The notes under the pieces were generated by a model. That model was given only the letters and a program-made list of their open reading frames with translations, did no database searches and was not told where the DNA came from. DNA of 64,000 bases, taken from NCBI GenBank assembly GCA_048532905.1, contig DBGFTB010000032.1:2915-66914 (forward strand). The letters are read 5' to 3'. Positions 31,206-39,775 of this stretch are shown one piece after another (within the stretch, counting starts at the first letter, position 1; each line of letters begins with the position of its first letter). This stretch comes from Collinsella aerofaciens (GTDB lineage Bacteria > Actinomycetota > Coriobacteriia > Coriobacteriales > Coriobacteriaceae). Made by a program: the position numbers and the translations under genes.

Positions 31206-31697
31206 ATGAAGATCGTGGTGAGCGCCTGCTTGATGGGCGAGAGCTGCAAGTATAACGGGCTCGACAACTATCATCGCGCGTTGGTCGAGGCCTGCGAACG
31301 CACGGGGACTGAGGTCTTGTTGGTGTGCCCCGAGGTCTTTGGCGGCCTGCCCACGCCGCGCAAGCCGTCCGAGATTGTGAATGGCGAGGTCCGTACCTGC
31401 GAGGGCGCCTCGGTTGATCGTGAGTTTCGCCTGGGCGCTCAACGTGCGCTCGATATGTGCGAGCAGGCGGGCGGCCCGTCCGAGATCGCTGCGTGCATTT
31501 TGCAGGATCGCAGTCCGTCGTGCGGCGTGGGCCATATCTACGACGGATCCTTCAGCGGTACGCTCACCGCGGGCAACGGTGTTTTCGTCGACCTGCTGCT
31601 GCGTCACGGGTACCGCGTGATTCCGGCTAGTGAGTTCGATCCCAGCATGTTGGAACATTGTCCACAGCACTCGAACCGAACACTTCCTCACGGGTGA
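31206..31697 (+). CDS. DUF523 (2-thiouracil desulfidase-like) protein, 3' end supplied by inserted element
   Basis: 'VSACLMGESCKYNG', 'VCPEVFGGLPTPR', 'SPSCG', 'GNGVF'. Confidence 0.88.
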   Translation: MKIVVSACLMGESCKYNGLDNYHRALVEACERTGTEVLLVCPEVFGGLPTPRKPSEIVNGEVRTCEGASVDREFRLGAQRALDMCEQAGGPSEIAACILQDRSPSCGVGHIYDGSFSGTLTAGNGVFVDLLLRHGYRVIPASEFDPSMLEHCPQHSNRTLPHG

Positions 31698-31766
31698 CCG
31701 TTTTGGCATCATCCGTGAAGTTGATATTGAGTACGACCCGGTCATCAAAGACGTAGACCGAGTTAA
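31627..31766 (-). pseudogene. C-terminal remnant of a large serine recombinase
   Basis: 'VNSVYVFDDRVVLNINFTDDAKTVTREEVFGSSAVDNVP' resembles the C-termini of integrative-element serine recombinases (recognised from memory, not searched); it reads out across the left repeat. Confidence 0.62.
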
Positions 31767-31879
31767 CAGGCGCCGTACCCAGGCAGTCCCTCCCCGCGGC
31801 CCTCGCGCAGGAACGCGTACACGGCCCTCCCGTCTCTTGCGCCCCTCCCGGAACTGTCCACATCAGTGTAGCCAATCCA
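31765..31879 (+). mobile_element. IS3-family right-end remnant 1
   Basis: 'NRRRTQA' transposase-tail-like peptide, then IR-like TGTCCACATCAGTGTAGCCAATCCA ending in CA. Confidence 0.5.
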
Positions 31880-32133
31880 GTCCGCCAAGGGCTGCAGCCC
31901 GGATAACGCGGCGATGGAGGGCTTCTTCGGCCTGCTCAAGAAGGAGTTCTGGCACGGCAGGGACTGGTCGGAATGGACCCCCGCCCGCTTCATCGAGGAG
32001 CTCGGGGGGGGCTGGATCGGCCGATACAATACGGAGAGGCGCAGCGATGCGCTCGGTGGCCGCACGCCGGCCGAGTTCCGCTCCGCGCTGGGAAGGGCCG
32101 CGTAACGGTCCAAGAAATCGTCCGCAGTCTCCA
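31880..32133 (+). mobile_element. IS3-family transposase (OrfB) C-terminal fragment plus right IR
   Basis: 'SAKGCSPDNAAMEGFFGLLKKEF...YNTERRSDALGGRTP' (DDE Glu region), stop 32105, then GTCCAAGAAATCGTCCGCAGTCTCCA. Confidence 0.85.
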
Positions 32134-32219
32134 TTCTTGCCCCTTTGGGACGGCTTCTTGTTGGGGCGTGCCTGCCCCGGACCCTGCTAGGAACGAGTGC
32201 AGCAAACTGGAATTTTAAA

Positions 32220-32822
32220 TTAGTCTTTGCAAATAACCTTTGAACCTTCACCATCAATTACAATTCCCTGACGATTGTTAATTGGGCATAGATTCAAATC
32301 CGAAAACTCAGTTATTATTTTCTCGGTAACTTTCTTAAATGGTGCTGTAAGAAAATGCGGAAGAACATAGAAATCAATCAAATTAAGCCCTGCATCATCT
32401 TCTTGTGAGTAGTCCTCCGGCTTTTCATCCATTTGCTCGATATATTGGATGCTTGGAGCGCATACAATCGCACCTGCCGATTCACCAATCATCAGTTTTC
32501 CCTTTGCCAATTCTTTTTTCAACAGCTCATCCGTTCCCGTTTTACGGAGCTGGTCTATAAGGAAAAAAGAATTTCCGCCAGTAAAATAGATCACATCCGC
32601 ATCTTCAAAAAGAGACTGTATCGTTGAATAAGCCTCCGTTGAAATATCAATTTCAGTTACGATTGCTCCCAACTTTTTGAATAATTTTCGAGCCGAGCCG
32701 ACATAACCGGTGTAGCCTTCACGCAGCGAAGCTGTTGGAATAAATGCGACTTTTTTATTTTCAATTTCTTCCTTTATCAGACTTCCTACACTTGAAAAGT
32801 GCGAACATAAAAACAGTTTCAT
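32220..32822 (-). CDS. Peptidase E / S51 (class I glutamine amidotransferase-like) protein, AT-rich and horizontally acquired
   Basis: 'VAFIPTAS', 'YFTGGN', nucleophile 'GESAGA', 'VLPHF'; AAAGGAG RBS; visibly AT-rich versus host. Confidence 0.88.
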   Translation of the reverse strand: MKLFLCSHFSSVGSLIKEEIENKKVAFIPTASLREGYTGYVGSARKLFKKLGAIVTEIDISTEAYSTIQSLFEDADVIYFTGGNSFFLIDQLRKTGTDELLKKELAKGKLMIGESAGAIVCAPSIQYIEQMDEKPEDYSQEDDAGLNLIDFYVLPHFLTAPFKKVTEKIITEFSDLNLCPINNRQGIVIDGEGSKVICKD

Positions 32823-33009
32823 CAATATTCTCCTTTATATATAAATTCGTATTTGTTGAACTAAGCCGTGTATACCATACTCACCAATGAAAGAACGCCC
32901 TGATATAGCGAAATTTTGACGTTTTCCTGCGTACGTGCGTACACACTCCACAGGAATTCTAAGGGGCCTGCCCCCTTAGCACGCGGACTTTGGAACAATG
33001 TCTAGTGTG

Positions 33010-33296
33010 CTACGCCTTGCCAGGGGTGTACTGGCTCCCGGTGCGCACGTACGCAGCAATTGCCATCAACGCGCCATATAAGTGGCGATTAAGTTCGCAC
33101 AAAGCGACCTTGATCCCGCAAACAAAAGGCAGGATACCATCACCACGATGATACCCTGCCTCTGTTCGTTCCTGTTTACCGTTCCGAGTAGTCCTTCCGC
33201 AGAAGTTCCGATAAACAAAAAAACGTACCCGAACCATTTCTCGTAAAGAATCGGGTTCGAGTACGAACTGAATGGTGGAGCAATATAAACCACCAC
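33010..33296 (-). pseudogene. Possible decayed membrane-protein gene fragment
   Basis: Two overlapping short ORFs in different frames with hydrophobic stretches, atypical codon usage, no RBS. Confidence 0.25.
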
Positions 33297-33324
33297 AAAG
33301 GTGCCTGTCCCCTTTGTGGTGGTT
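33288..33324 (-). repeat. REP-like hairpin, copy 1
   Basis: AACCACCACAAAG-GTGCCTGTCCC-CTTTGTGGTGGTT; near-identical inverted copy at 41082-41118. Confidence 0.8.
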
Positions 33325-33335
33325 ATGGGTTAGAG

Positions 33336-34418
33336 CTAGAGCGTGTGGCCGTAGGCGTTGGCGGCCTTGATGGCGGCGGCGAACTTCTCGTCGGTGAAGG
33401 GCTCCGGGTTACCCTGCTTCCACTCGTTGGTGGCGTGGGCATACTCACACAGCGCCGGGATGTCCGCCTCGGTAAGGCCGACCTGTTCAAGCGTCACGGG
33501 CAGCCCCATCTGCTTGTTAAAGGCGGCGTAGTGCTCAAGGTTCTCGGTATCGCCCGTATAGGCAAACAGCACCAGTACGCCCAGACTCACGACCTCGCCG
33601 TGTAGGTAGGAGCCCTCGCGCGGAATGCTGCACGTGGCATTGTAGAACGCATGCGCCACGCTCGAGTTGTAGTAGTAATCGTTTTGGTTGGTCAGGTTGG
33701 AGACGTAGCCCGTGTTGACCACGATGTCGAGCGCGATTTGTTTGACGGCCTCGCTTGACAGGTTCTGGCGCACGTCCTCAAGACCCTGAACGCCGTAGGT
33801 AAACAGCGGCTCGGAGCAGGTGTGGGCGAGTGCCAGGCCAAGGCCTGCCGTGTGCTCCAAGTTGCCGGCGCTCGTGGCGTACTCGACCTCGGGCTGCTTG
33901 GACAGGGCATCGCCCACGCCGGCCCAGAAGTACTCCGCCGGAGCTTCGGCGATGATCTTGGGGTTGATGAAGATGTGCGCCGGTCGGTTGGGGTACGAAT
34001 AGCCCTCGAGCGAGCCGTCGTCGTTGTACACGACGGCAATGGCGGTCGCGGCGGAGCAGTTAGAACAGATCGTCGGGACGGTGAAGACGATCTTCTTGAG
34101 CTCGATGGCTGCGGTCTTGACGGTATCGAGTGCCTTGCCGCCGCCGCATGCGATGAGCACGTCGGTTTCCTGGCAGGCAGGGGAGTTCACGACCTTGGCG
34201 ATATTGGCACGCGTACTGTTGGTGCCATAGACGCGCGTCTCCAGGACCTCGACATCGGTACCTTCAAGTGCCGCCTCGATTCCCGGCAGCGCCGCAGCCA
34301 GGGCTCGCTTGCCGCCAATGATGGCGACTTTCTTCGCGCCGTACTCCGCCAGTGCGGTTGGCAGCTCGGTAAAGCAATCCTCGCCAACGGTGTAGTCGCT
34401 CATTCCAATCGTGCGCAT
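33336..34418 (-). CDS. Iron-containing alcohol dehydrogenase family, glycerol dehydrogenase-like
   Basis: 'GGGKALDTVK', 'VPTICSNCSA', 'AGVGDALSK', 'AHAFYN', 'LHGEVV'. Confidence 0.88.
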   Translation of the reverse strand: MRTIGMSDYTVGEDCFTELPTALAEYGAKKVAIIGGKRALAAALPGIEAALEGTDVEVLETRVYGTNSTRANIAKVVNSPACQETDVLIACGGGKALDTVKTAAIELKKIVFTVPTICSNCSAATAIAVVYNDDGSLEGYSYPNRPAHIFINPKIIAEAPAEYFWAGVGDALSKQPEVEYATSAGNLEHTAGLGLALAHTCSEPLFTYGVQGLEDVRQNLSSEAVKQIALDIVVNTGYVSNLTNQNDYYYNSSVAHAFYNATCSIPREGSYLHGEVVSLGVLVLFAYTGDTENLEHYAAFNKQMGLPVTLEQVGLTEADIPALCEYAHATNEWKQGNPEPFTDEKFAAAIKAANAYGHTL

Positions 34419-34558
34419 AGCAACCTTCTTTCGTTCGATAAAGTGCTTTCAGGTATTTTGCTCCTAGAGAAGGGCTGTAATAGCGAGAAATTTCGAACGT
34501 ATAAAACCAGTGTTGAGGGTTTTTCGCCGGCGCGGAACGTGCTAGCATACTCCGCATA

Positions 34559-34861
34559 AGCGTTGATGGGGACGAGTAGTCGGCCGTCCGCATGCTACAG
34601 AGAGCGGGGAGCGCTGAGAACCCGTGCATGCGACCGATGAAAATCACCCCGGAGCTGCGGTCCCAACGGACGTGCCGTGCAGGTTCGTCTTAGTAGACAT
34701 CGCCGAGATGGTCGTCGATACAGGCCAGCCGAGTAACGGATGCGAGCGCGCGAATATGCGGGCGAGGGCATCTAAGCTGGGTGGTTAAGCGAAGAGCTTT
34801 TACGGGCAGGCTGCCCGTTTTGTGGCGCTTCGTCCCAGCTTGTAGGGACGGGCGCTTTTTT
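34559..34861 (+). ncRNA. T-box riboswitch (Ile) with intrinsic terminator
   Basis: Stem I AGAGA and GCTGAG loops, specifier GAAAATC (ATC=Ile, 34643-34645), T-box CTGGGTGGTTAAGCG, terminator 34825-34861. Confidence 0.9.
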
Positions 34862-34904
34862 GGTGCCCAACGGGCGTGCGCGCCCACGACATGAAAGGGG
34901 TACC

Positions 34905-37706
34905 GTGGCAAACGAGTACAAGCAGACGATGAATCTGCCCAAGACCGGTTTTCCCATGCGTGCCGGTCTTTCCAAGTCCGAGCCCAAGCGACTCAAGGAC
35001 TGGCAGGATAACAAGGTCTACGAGCAGGTTCTGAAGAAGAACGAGGGTCACAAGAAGTTCGTGCTGCACGACGGTCCTCCGTACGCCAACGGTCCGATCC
35101 ACATCGGCCATGCCATGAACAAGATCTCCAAGGACATGATCAACCGCTACTGGATGATGCAGGGCTATGAGGTTCCCTATGTCCCCGGTTGGGACTGCCA
35201 TGGTCAGCCGATCGAGCATAAGGTCGAGGAGAAGCTCGGCACCGAGAAGTTCAACCAGACCCCCACGGCCAAGATCCGTGAGCTCTGCAACGAGTTCGCT
35301 GTCGAGAACATCGAGCTTCAGAAGGCTGGCTTCCGCCGTCTGGGCGTGCTCGGCGACTGGGACAACCCCTATCTGACGCTCTATCACCAGCATGACGCCG
35401 CCGATATCGAGGTCTTCAAGGCCATGTTCGATAAGGGCATGATTTATCGCGGCCACAAGCCGGTTCACTGGTGCAAGCACTGCCACACCGCGCTGGCCGA
35501 GGCTGAGATCGAGTACTCCGATGAGACGAGCCCGTCCATCTTCGTGCGCTTCGAGATGACCTCCAAGCCCGCCGGTCTCGAGAATTTCGACGGCCTGGTT
35601 GACTTCATCATCTGGACGACCACGCCGTGGACCATTCCCTCCGACCAGGCAGTTTCCCTCAAGCCCGGCGCCGCCTATGTCGCCGTTGAGCACGAGGGTC
35701 GTGCCGAGGTCATGCTCGAGGACCTGGCTCCCAAGTGCTGCGAGGAGTTTGGTTGGGAGTACACCCCGGTTATGGTCGACGGTAAGCCCTATGTGGTTCC
35801 CGCCGAGACCTTCCACCACATCCACTACAAGCAGCCGATCTTTGACGGTGTTGAGGGCGTGGCGCTGCTGGCCGATTACGTCGGTGTCGATGACGGTACC
35901 GGTATCGTCCACAACTCGCCCGGCCACGGCGTCGACGACTACTTTGCCTGCCTCAAGGAGGGCATTACCGACATCTGCATGCCGGTCGATGATGACGGCA
36001 AGTTCTACACCGGCGAGGAGTTTGGCACCGGTGGTCCCTTCAGCGGCATGGATACCGATGAGGCCAACCCGCACATCATCGAGTTCCTGCGCGAGCGCGG
36101 CACCCTGGTCCTCGAGAAGAAGATCACGCACAGCTATCCGCACTGCTGGCGCTGCAAACACCCGGTGCTCTTCCGTGCTACTGACCAGTGGTTTGTCTCG
36201 ATGGACAAGACCGGCTTGCGTGAGCAGGCTGGCAAGGAGGTTCGCGAGAACGTCAAGTGGTATCCGGCTCACGCCGCCAACCGCATCGGCGCCATGGTCG
36301 AGCAGCGTCCCGACTGGTGCATTAGCCGTCAGCGCAACTGGGGCGTGCCTATCCCCAGCTACACCTGCGCCGACTGCGGCGAGAAGGTCATGAACGACGC
36401 CACGCTCGACGCCGTCATCAAGCTCTTCCACGAGAAGGGTTCCGACGCCTGGTTCACCGACGCTCCCGAGAGTTACCTTGGCGAGGCCTGCGTCTGCCCC
36501 AAGTGTGGTGGCCATCACCTCAAGGCCGATAAGGACATCCTCGACGTGTGGTGGGATTCCGGCGTCTCTTGGAAGGCCGTCTGCGAGTACCGTCCCGAGC
36601 TTGAGTACCCGGCGGACGTGTACCTCGAGGGCTCCGACCAACACCGCGGTTGGTTCCAGAGCTCGCTGCTCACCTCGGTGGGTGCCAACGGCCACGCCCC
36701 GTACAAGGCGGTCGTCTCGCAGGGCTTCACCCTCGACGGCCAGGGCCGCAAGATGTCCAAGTCGCTCGGCAACGTCATCGACCCCAACAAGGTCTGCGAC
36801 GAGATGGGTGCCGACATCATCCGCCTGTGGGTTGCCTCCGTTGACACTAGCTCCGACGTGTCCATCGACCACGAGATTCTTGCCCGTACGTCCGATGCCT
36901 ACCGTCGTTTCCGCAACACGCTGCGCTTCCTGCTCTCCGAGCTCGAGGGTCAGTTTGAGCCCGAGACCGACGGCGTCGTCTTTGCCGACCTGTTGCCGCT
37001 CGACAAGCTCATGGTTGCCCGCCTGACCCAGGTTCAGGCCGAGGTCGACGACGCCTACGCCAGCTACGAGTTCCCGCGCGCTTACCGTGCGCTCTACGAC
37101 TTTGTGGTTACCGAGCTCTCCAACGTGTATCTCGACGCCCTGAAGGACCGTCTGTACTGCGACAAGCCCGGCTCGCTCGAGCGCCGCAGCGCCCAGACCG
37201 TGCTGGCCGAGCTCTTCTCGATGCTCATGCGCGACCTGCAGCCGATCCTGTCCTACACGGTTGACGAGGCCATGGCATATGCGCCCGCTGGCTGCGTCGA
37301 TCACCAGAAGTACGCCGCGCTGCTCGATTGGTACAAGTCGCCCATCACGGTCGACGAGGCCAATGAGTTCGAGGGCGTGCTCGAGGCTTCTCTTGAGCTC
37401 CGTAGCGCCGTGACCAAGGCCCTTGAGGATGCCCGTTCTGCCGGCACCTTCACCAAGAGCCAGCAGGTTCGCGTCAAGGCGGTCGTTCCCGCCGAGATGT
37501 ACGCGCTGCTGACTGGTGACAAAGCGGTCGACCTGGCCGAGTTCTACATCGTCTCCGATGTTGAGCTGACCCAGGGCGAAGAGCTTTCCGTCTGCATTGA
37601 TGCTGCCGAGGGCGAGTGCTGCGACCGTTGCTGGAACTATCGCACCACCGTCGGCGAGTACAACGGCCACGCGCATATCTGCAAGCGCTGCGCTGACGCG
37701 CTGTAA
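34905..37706 (+). CDS. ileS: Isoleucine--tRNA ligase (type 1)
   Basis: 'DGPPYANGPIHIGH', 'WTTTPWT', 'EGSDQHRGWF', KMSKS, C-terminal C4 zinc finger. Confidence 0.98.
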   Translation: MANEYKQTMNLPKTGFPMRAGLSKSEPKRLKDWQDNKVYEQVLKKNEGHKKFVLHDGPPYANGPIHIGHAMNKISKDMINRYWMMQGYEVPYVPGWDCHGQPIEHKVEEKLGTEKFNQTPTAKIRELCNEFAVENIELQKAGFRRLGVLGDWDNPYLTLYHQHDAADIEVFKAMFDKGMIYRGHKPVHWCKHCHTALAEAEIEYSDETSPSIFVRFEMTSKPAGLENFDGLVDFIIWTTTPWTIPSDQAVSLKPGAAYVAVEHEGRAEVMLEDLAPKCCEEFGWEYTPVMVDGKPYVVPAETFHHIHYKQPIFDGVEGVALLADYVGVDDGTGIVHNSPGHGVDDYFACLKEGITDICMPVDDDGKFYTGEEFGTGGPFSGMDTDEANPHIIEFLRERGTLVLEKKITHSYPHCWRCKHPVLFRATDQWFVSMDKTGLREQAGKEVRENVKWYPAHAANRIGAMVEQRPDWCISRQRNWGVPIPSYTCADCGEKVMNDATLDAVIKLFHEKGSDAWFTDAPESYLGEACVCPKCGGHHLKADKDILDVWWDSGVSWKAVCEYRPELEYPADVYLEGSDQHRGWFQSSLLTSVGANGHAPYKAVVSQGFTLDGQGRKMSKSLGNVIDPNKVCDEMGADIIRLWVASVDTSSDVSIDHEILARTSDAYRRFRNTLRFLLSELEGQFEPETDGVVFADLLPLDKLMVARLTQVQAEVDDAYASYEFPRAYRALYDFVVTELSNVYLDALKDRLYCDKPGSLERRSAQTVLAELFSMLMRDLQPILSYTVDEAMAYAPAGCVDHQKYAALLDWYKSPITVDEANEFEGVLEASLELRSAVTKALEDARSAGTFTKSQQVRVKAVVPAEMYALLTGDKAVDLAEFYIVSDVELTQGEELSVCIDAAEGECCDRCWNYRTTVGEYNGHAHICKRCADAL

Positions 37707-37736
37707 GTTACGGCGTTCGTAGAACGCCGTAACCTA

Positions 37737-37854
37737 CCGACGCTGCAAACGCCCCTAAGCGGCAATCTGACGTTCAATCGTCGGTCGCGTACCAAAGTAC
37801 GCTTCCCTCCTCTTTCACGTCACCTTGCTCGCTTAGGGACGTTTTCGCTGTTGG
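37737..37854. repeat. Nested-hairpin ~120-bp intergenic element (MITE/palindromic-element or ncRNA-like)
   Basis: Arms AAACGCCCCTAAGCGGCAA/TTGCTCGCTTAGGGACGTTT, TGACGT/ACGTCA, apex GCGTAC-CAAA-GTACGC. Confidence 0.55.
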
Positions 37855-37930
37855 CGACGGCAACGCGGCTTTTCCATTGTTGGAACTAGAGCCTTCTCTT
37901 TCGACCTGCGCTCTTAGTCGAAAGCTATTT

Positions 37931-37968
37931 AGCGACATTCCGTTATTCGGAATGTCGCTTTTGTTTTG
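37931..37968 (+). terminator. Rho-independent terminator
   Basis: AGCGACATTCCG-TTATT-CGGAATGTCGCT-TTTGTTTT. Confidence 0.78.
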
Positions 37969-38098
37969 TGCTGGTTATTTCGCTTGCGTTGGTGGATATG
38001 TCGTGCGCTCTGCGTATGGCAATATAAGATGGTTAATTGCGTTCAACGGAATTCGATGTTCTTGAGGGTAGGGGATTGATTTGGGTCGTGCTGGGGAT

Positions 38099-38680
38099 AT
38101 GACGCCGTCTTTGCGTTGGCGGTTGGGTGTTGCTGGTGGGGTAGCGCTCGTTGTGCTGCTTGTTGACCAGCTGACCAAGCTTGCGGTTCGTGCCGTGGGC
38201 GAAGCTTTGCATGTGACTGCCATCCCCGGTGTCATCGACTTTATGTTTGTCCGCAATATCGGTGCTGCCTTTAGTATGGGCGAGGGGCATGGCATCGCGT
38301 TTGCCGTGCTGGCGTTGGCGGTCATTATCGCTATTGCCGTGTACCTCGTTCGTGCACCCCAGCTCGCCCATCTTGAGGTTGTGGGCATGGCGATGGTTGC
38401 GGGCGGTGCTATCGGCAACGCTATCGATCGTTTGGCCTTTGGCTTCGTGACCGATTTTATTGCCACCACCTTCGTCGACTTCCCCGTCTTTAATGTGGCC
38501 GATATCGGCATTACCTTGGGCGTCGTGCTCGCCCTCTTCGGTTACATGTTCTTGAGCCCCGCTGCCCGTGAGGTCGATGCGACCGCCGAGCTTAACGCCC
38601 GTGACGAGGCCCGCGCTAAGCGCAAGGCCCAGCAGCGTGGGGAGCGTGCCCGCAAGATTCGCGAAAGGAATGATCGTTAA
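38099..38680 (+). CDS. lspA: Lipoprotein signal peptidase II
   Basis: 'DQLTK', 'RNIGAAFS', 'GGAIGNAIDR', 'VTDFI', 'FPVFNVAD'; start could be TTG 38081. Confidence 0.95.
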   Translation: MTPSLRWRLGVAGGVALVVLLVDQLTKLAVRAVGEALHVTAIPGVIDFMFVRNIGAAFSMGEGHGIAFAVLALAVIIAIAVYLVRAPQLAHLEVVGMAMVAGGAIGNAIDRLAFGFVTDFIATTFVDFPVFNVADIGITLGVVLALFGYMFLSPAAREVDATAELNARDEARAKRKAQQRGERARKIRERNDR

Positions 38681-39693
38681 TGGCCGACATCCATATTTTT
38701 GTTGCCGACGATTGCTCTGGCCAGCGTCTCGACGCCTTTTTGGGTGCCAACGACGGCTGCCCCACGCGCTCTGCCTGCGCGTATCTGATCGAGGGCGGCG
38801 CCGTAATCGTGAACGGCGAGACCTGTCTGTCAAAAAAGTATGCCGTACGCGCCGGTGACCGCATCTCGGTCGACCTGCCCGAGCCGCACGATCCCACCGA
38901 TGTGATTCCCGAGGCCATCCCGCTCGACATTCGCTATGAGGACGACTATCTCATTGTGCTCTCCAAGCAGCGCGGGCTGGTGTGCCATCCCGCCCACGGC
39001 CACGAGAGCGGCACGCTTGCGAACGCCTTGGTCTACCACTGCGGTATCGATCATCTTGGTACCGTGCAGGGTGAGGACCGCCCCGGCATCGTGCATCGCC
39101 TGGATCGCGATACCTCGGGCCTTATGCTCGCGGCAAAAGACGACGACACCCAGCGCGCGCTTCAAAATCTCATTCGCACGCGTGCGCTCGACCGCCGCTA
39201 TATCACGCTTGTCCACGGGCACATCGCCATGGACGAGGGCACCATCAATACCGGTATCGCCCGTTCTACGCGCGACCGCGTCAAGATGGCGGTTTCGGAC
39301 GACCCCTTTGCCCGTCAGGCCATTACGACCTTTAAAGTCCTCGAGCGCTTTGATTCCACGCGCTTTGACGATGGTTATACGCTCGTTGAGTGCCATCTGT
39401 TTACCGGTCGCACGCACCAGATTCGCGTGCATATGCGTCATATCAACCACGCCTGCGTGGGCGATCCACTCTACGGCAAGTGCGATGCGCGCGCCGACCA
39501 GGGCCTGACCAGGCAGTTCCTTCATTCCTGGCGCGTGGCGTTCGACCATCCCGTGACGGGGGAGCGCATTGAGTGCCGCGACGAGTTGCCGTGGGATCTC
39601 GCTGCGGTTCTCGACGATCTGGCTCCGCGCTCGCTCGGTCGCACGGCCGTTGGAGATGAAATCGTTCCGCAGCTCGGTCTTCTCGAAGCCTAG
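38680..39693 (+). CDS. rluD: RluA-family 23S pseudouridine synthase with S4 domain
   Basis: 'GQRLDAFL', 'IVHRLDRDTSG', 'TGRTHQIRVH', 'GDPLYG'. Confidence 0.93.
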   Translation: MADIHIFVADDCSGQRLDAFLGANDGCPTRSACAYLIEGGAVIVNGETCLSKKYAVRAGDRISVDLPEPHDPTDVIPEAIPLDIRYEDDYLIVLSKQRGLVCHPAHGHESGTLANALVYHCGIDHLGTVQGEDRPGIVHRLDRDTSGLMLAAKDDDTQRALQNLIRTRALDRRYITLVHGHIAMDEGTINTGIARSTRDRVKMAVSDDPFARQAITTFKVLERFDSTRFDDGYTLVECHLFTGRTHQIRVHMRHINHACVGDPLYGKCDARADQGLTRQFLHSWRVAFDHPVTGERIECRDELPWDLAAVLDDLAPRSLGRTAVGDEIVPQLGLLEA

Positions 39694-39775
39694 CCAGTAT
39701 TAGGTGGTTTCTTGAACTCGGTAAGCCTGCGGTAAGATATACGATTGTTTACGTTACGCGTTGCTGGGAGCCTGC

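Larger units (their letters stand above)
31650..33002. mobile_element. Decayed integrative island bounded by 13-bp direct repeats
   Basis: TTGGAACATTGTC (31650-31662) and TTGGAACAATGTC (32990-33002); contains recombinase tail, IS3 remnants and an AT-rich gene. Confidence 0.7.

Noticed and set aside
32004..32011. G8 homopolymer as a programmed frameshift or phase switch
   Set aside because: It lies in a dead transposase fragment and the frame stays open through it.
34800..37676. 958-aa minus-strand ORF, and similar long antisense ORFs at 4828-6447, 22118-23764, 47692-49710, 61910-63898
   Set aside because: Shadow frames opposite well-conserved genes, expected from strong GC3 codon bias; no motifs or RBS.
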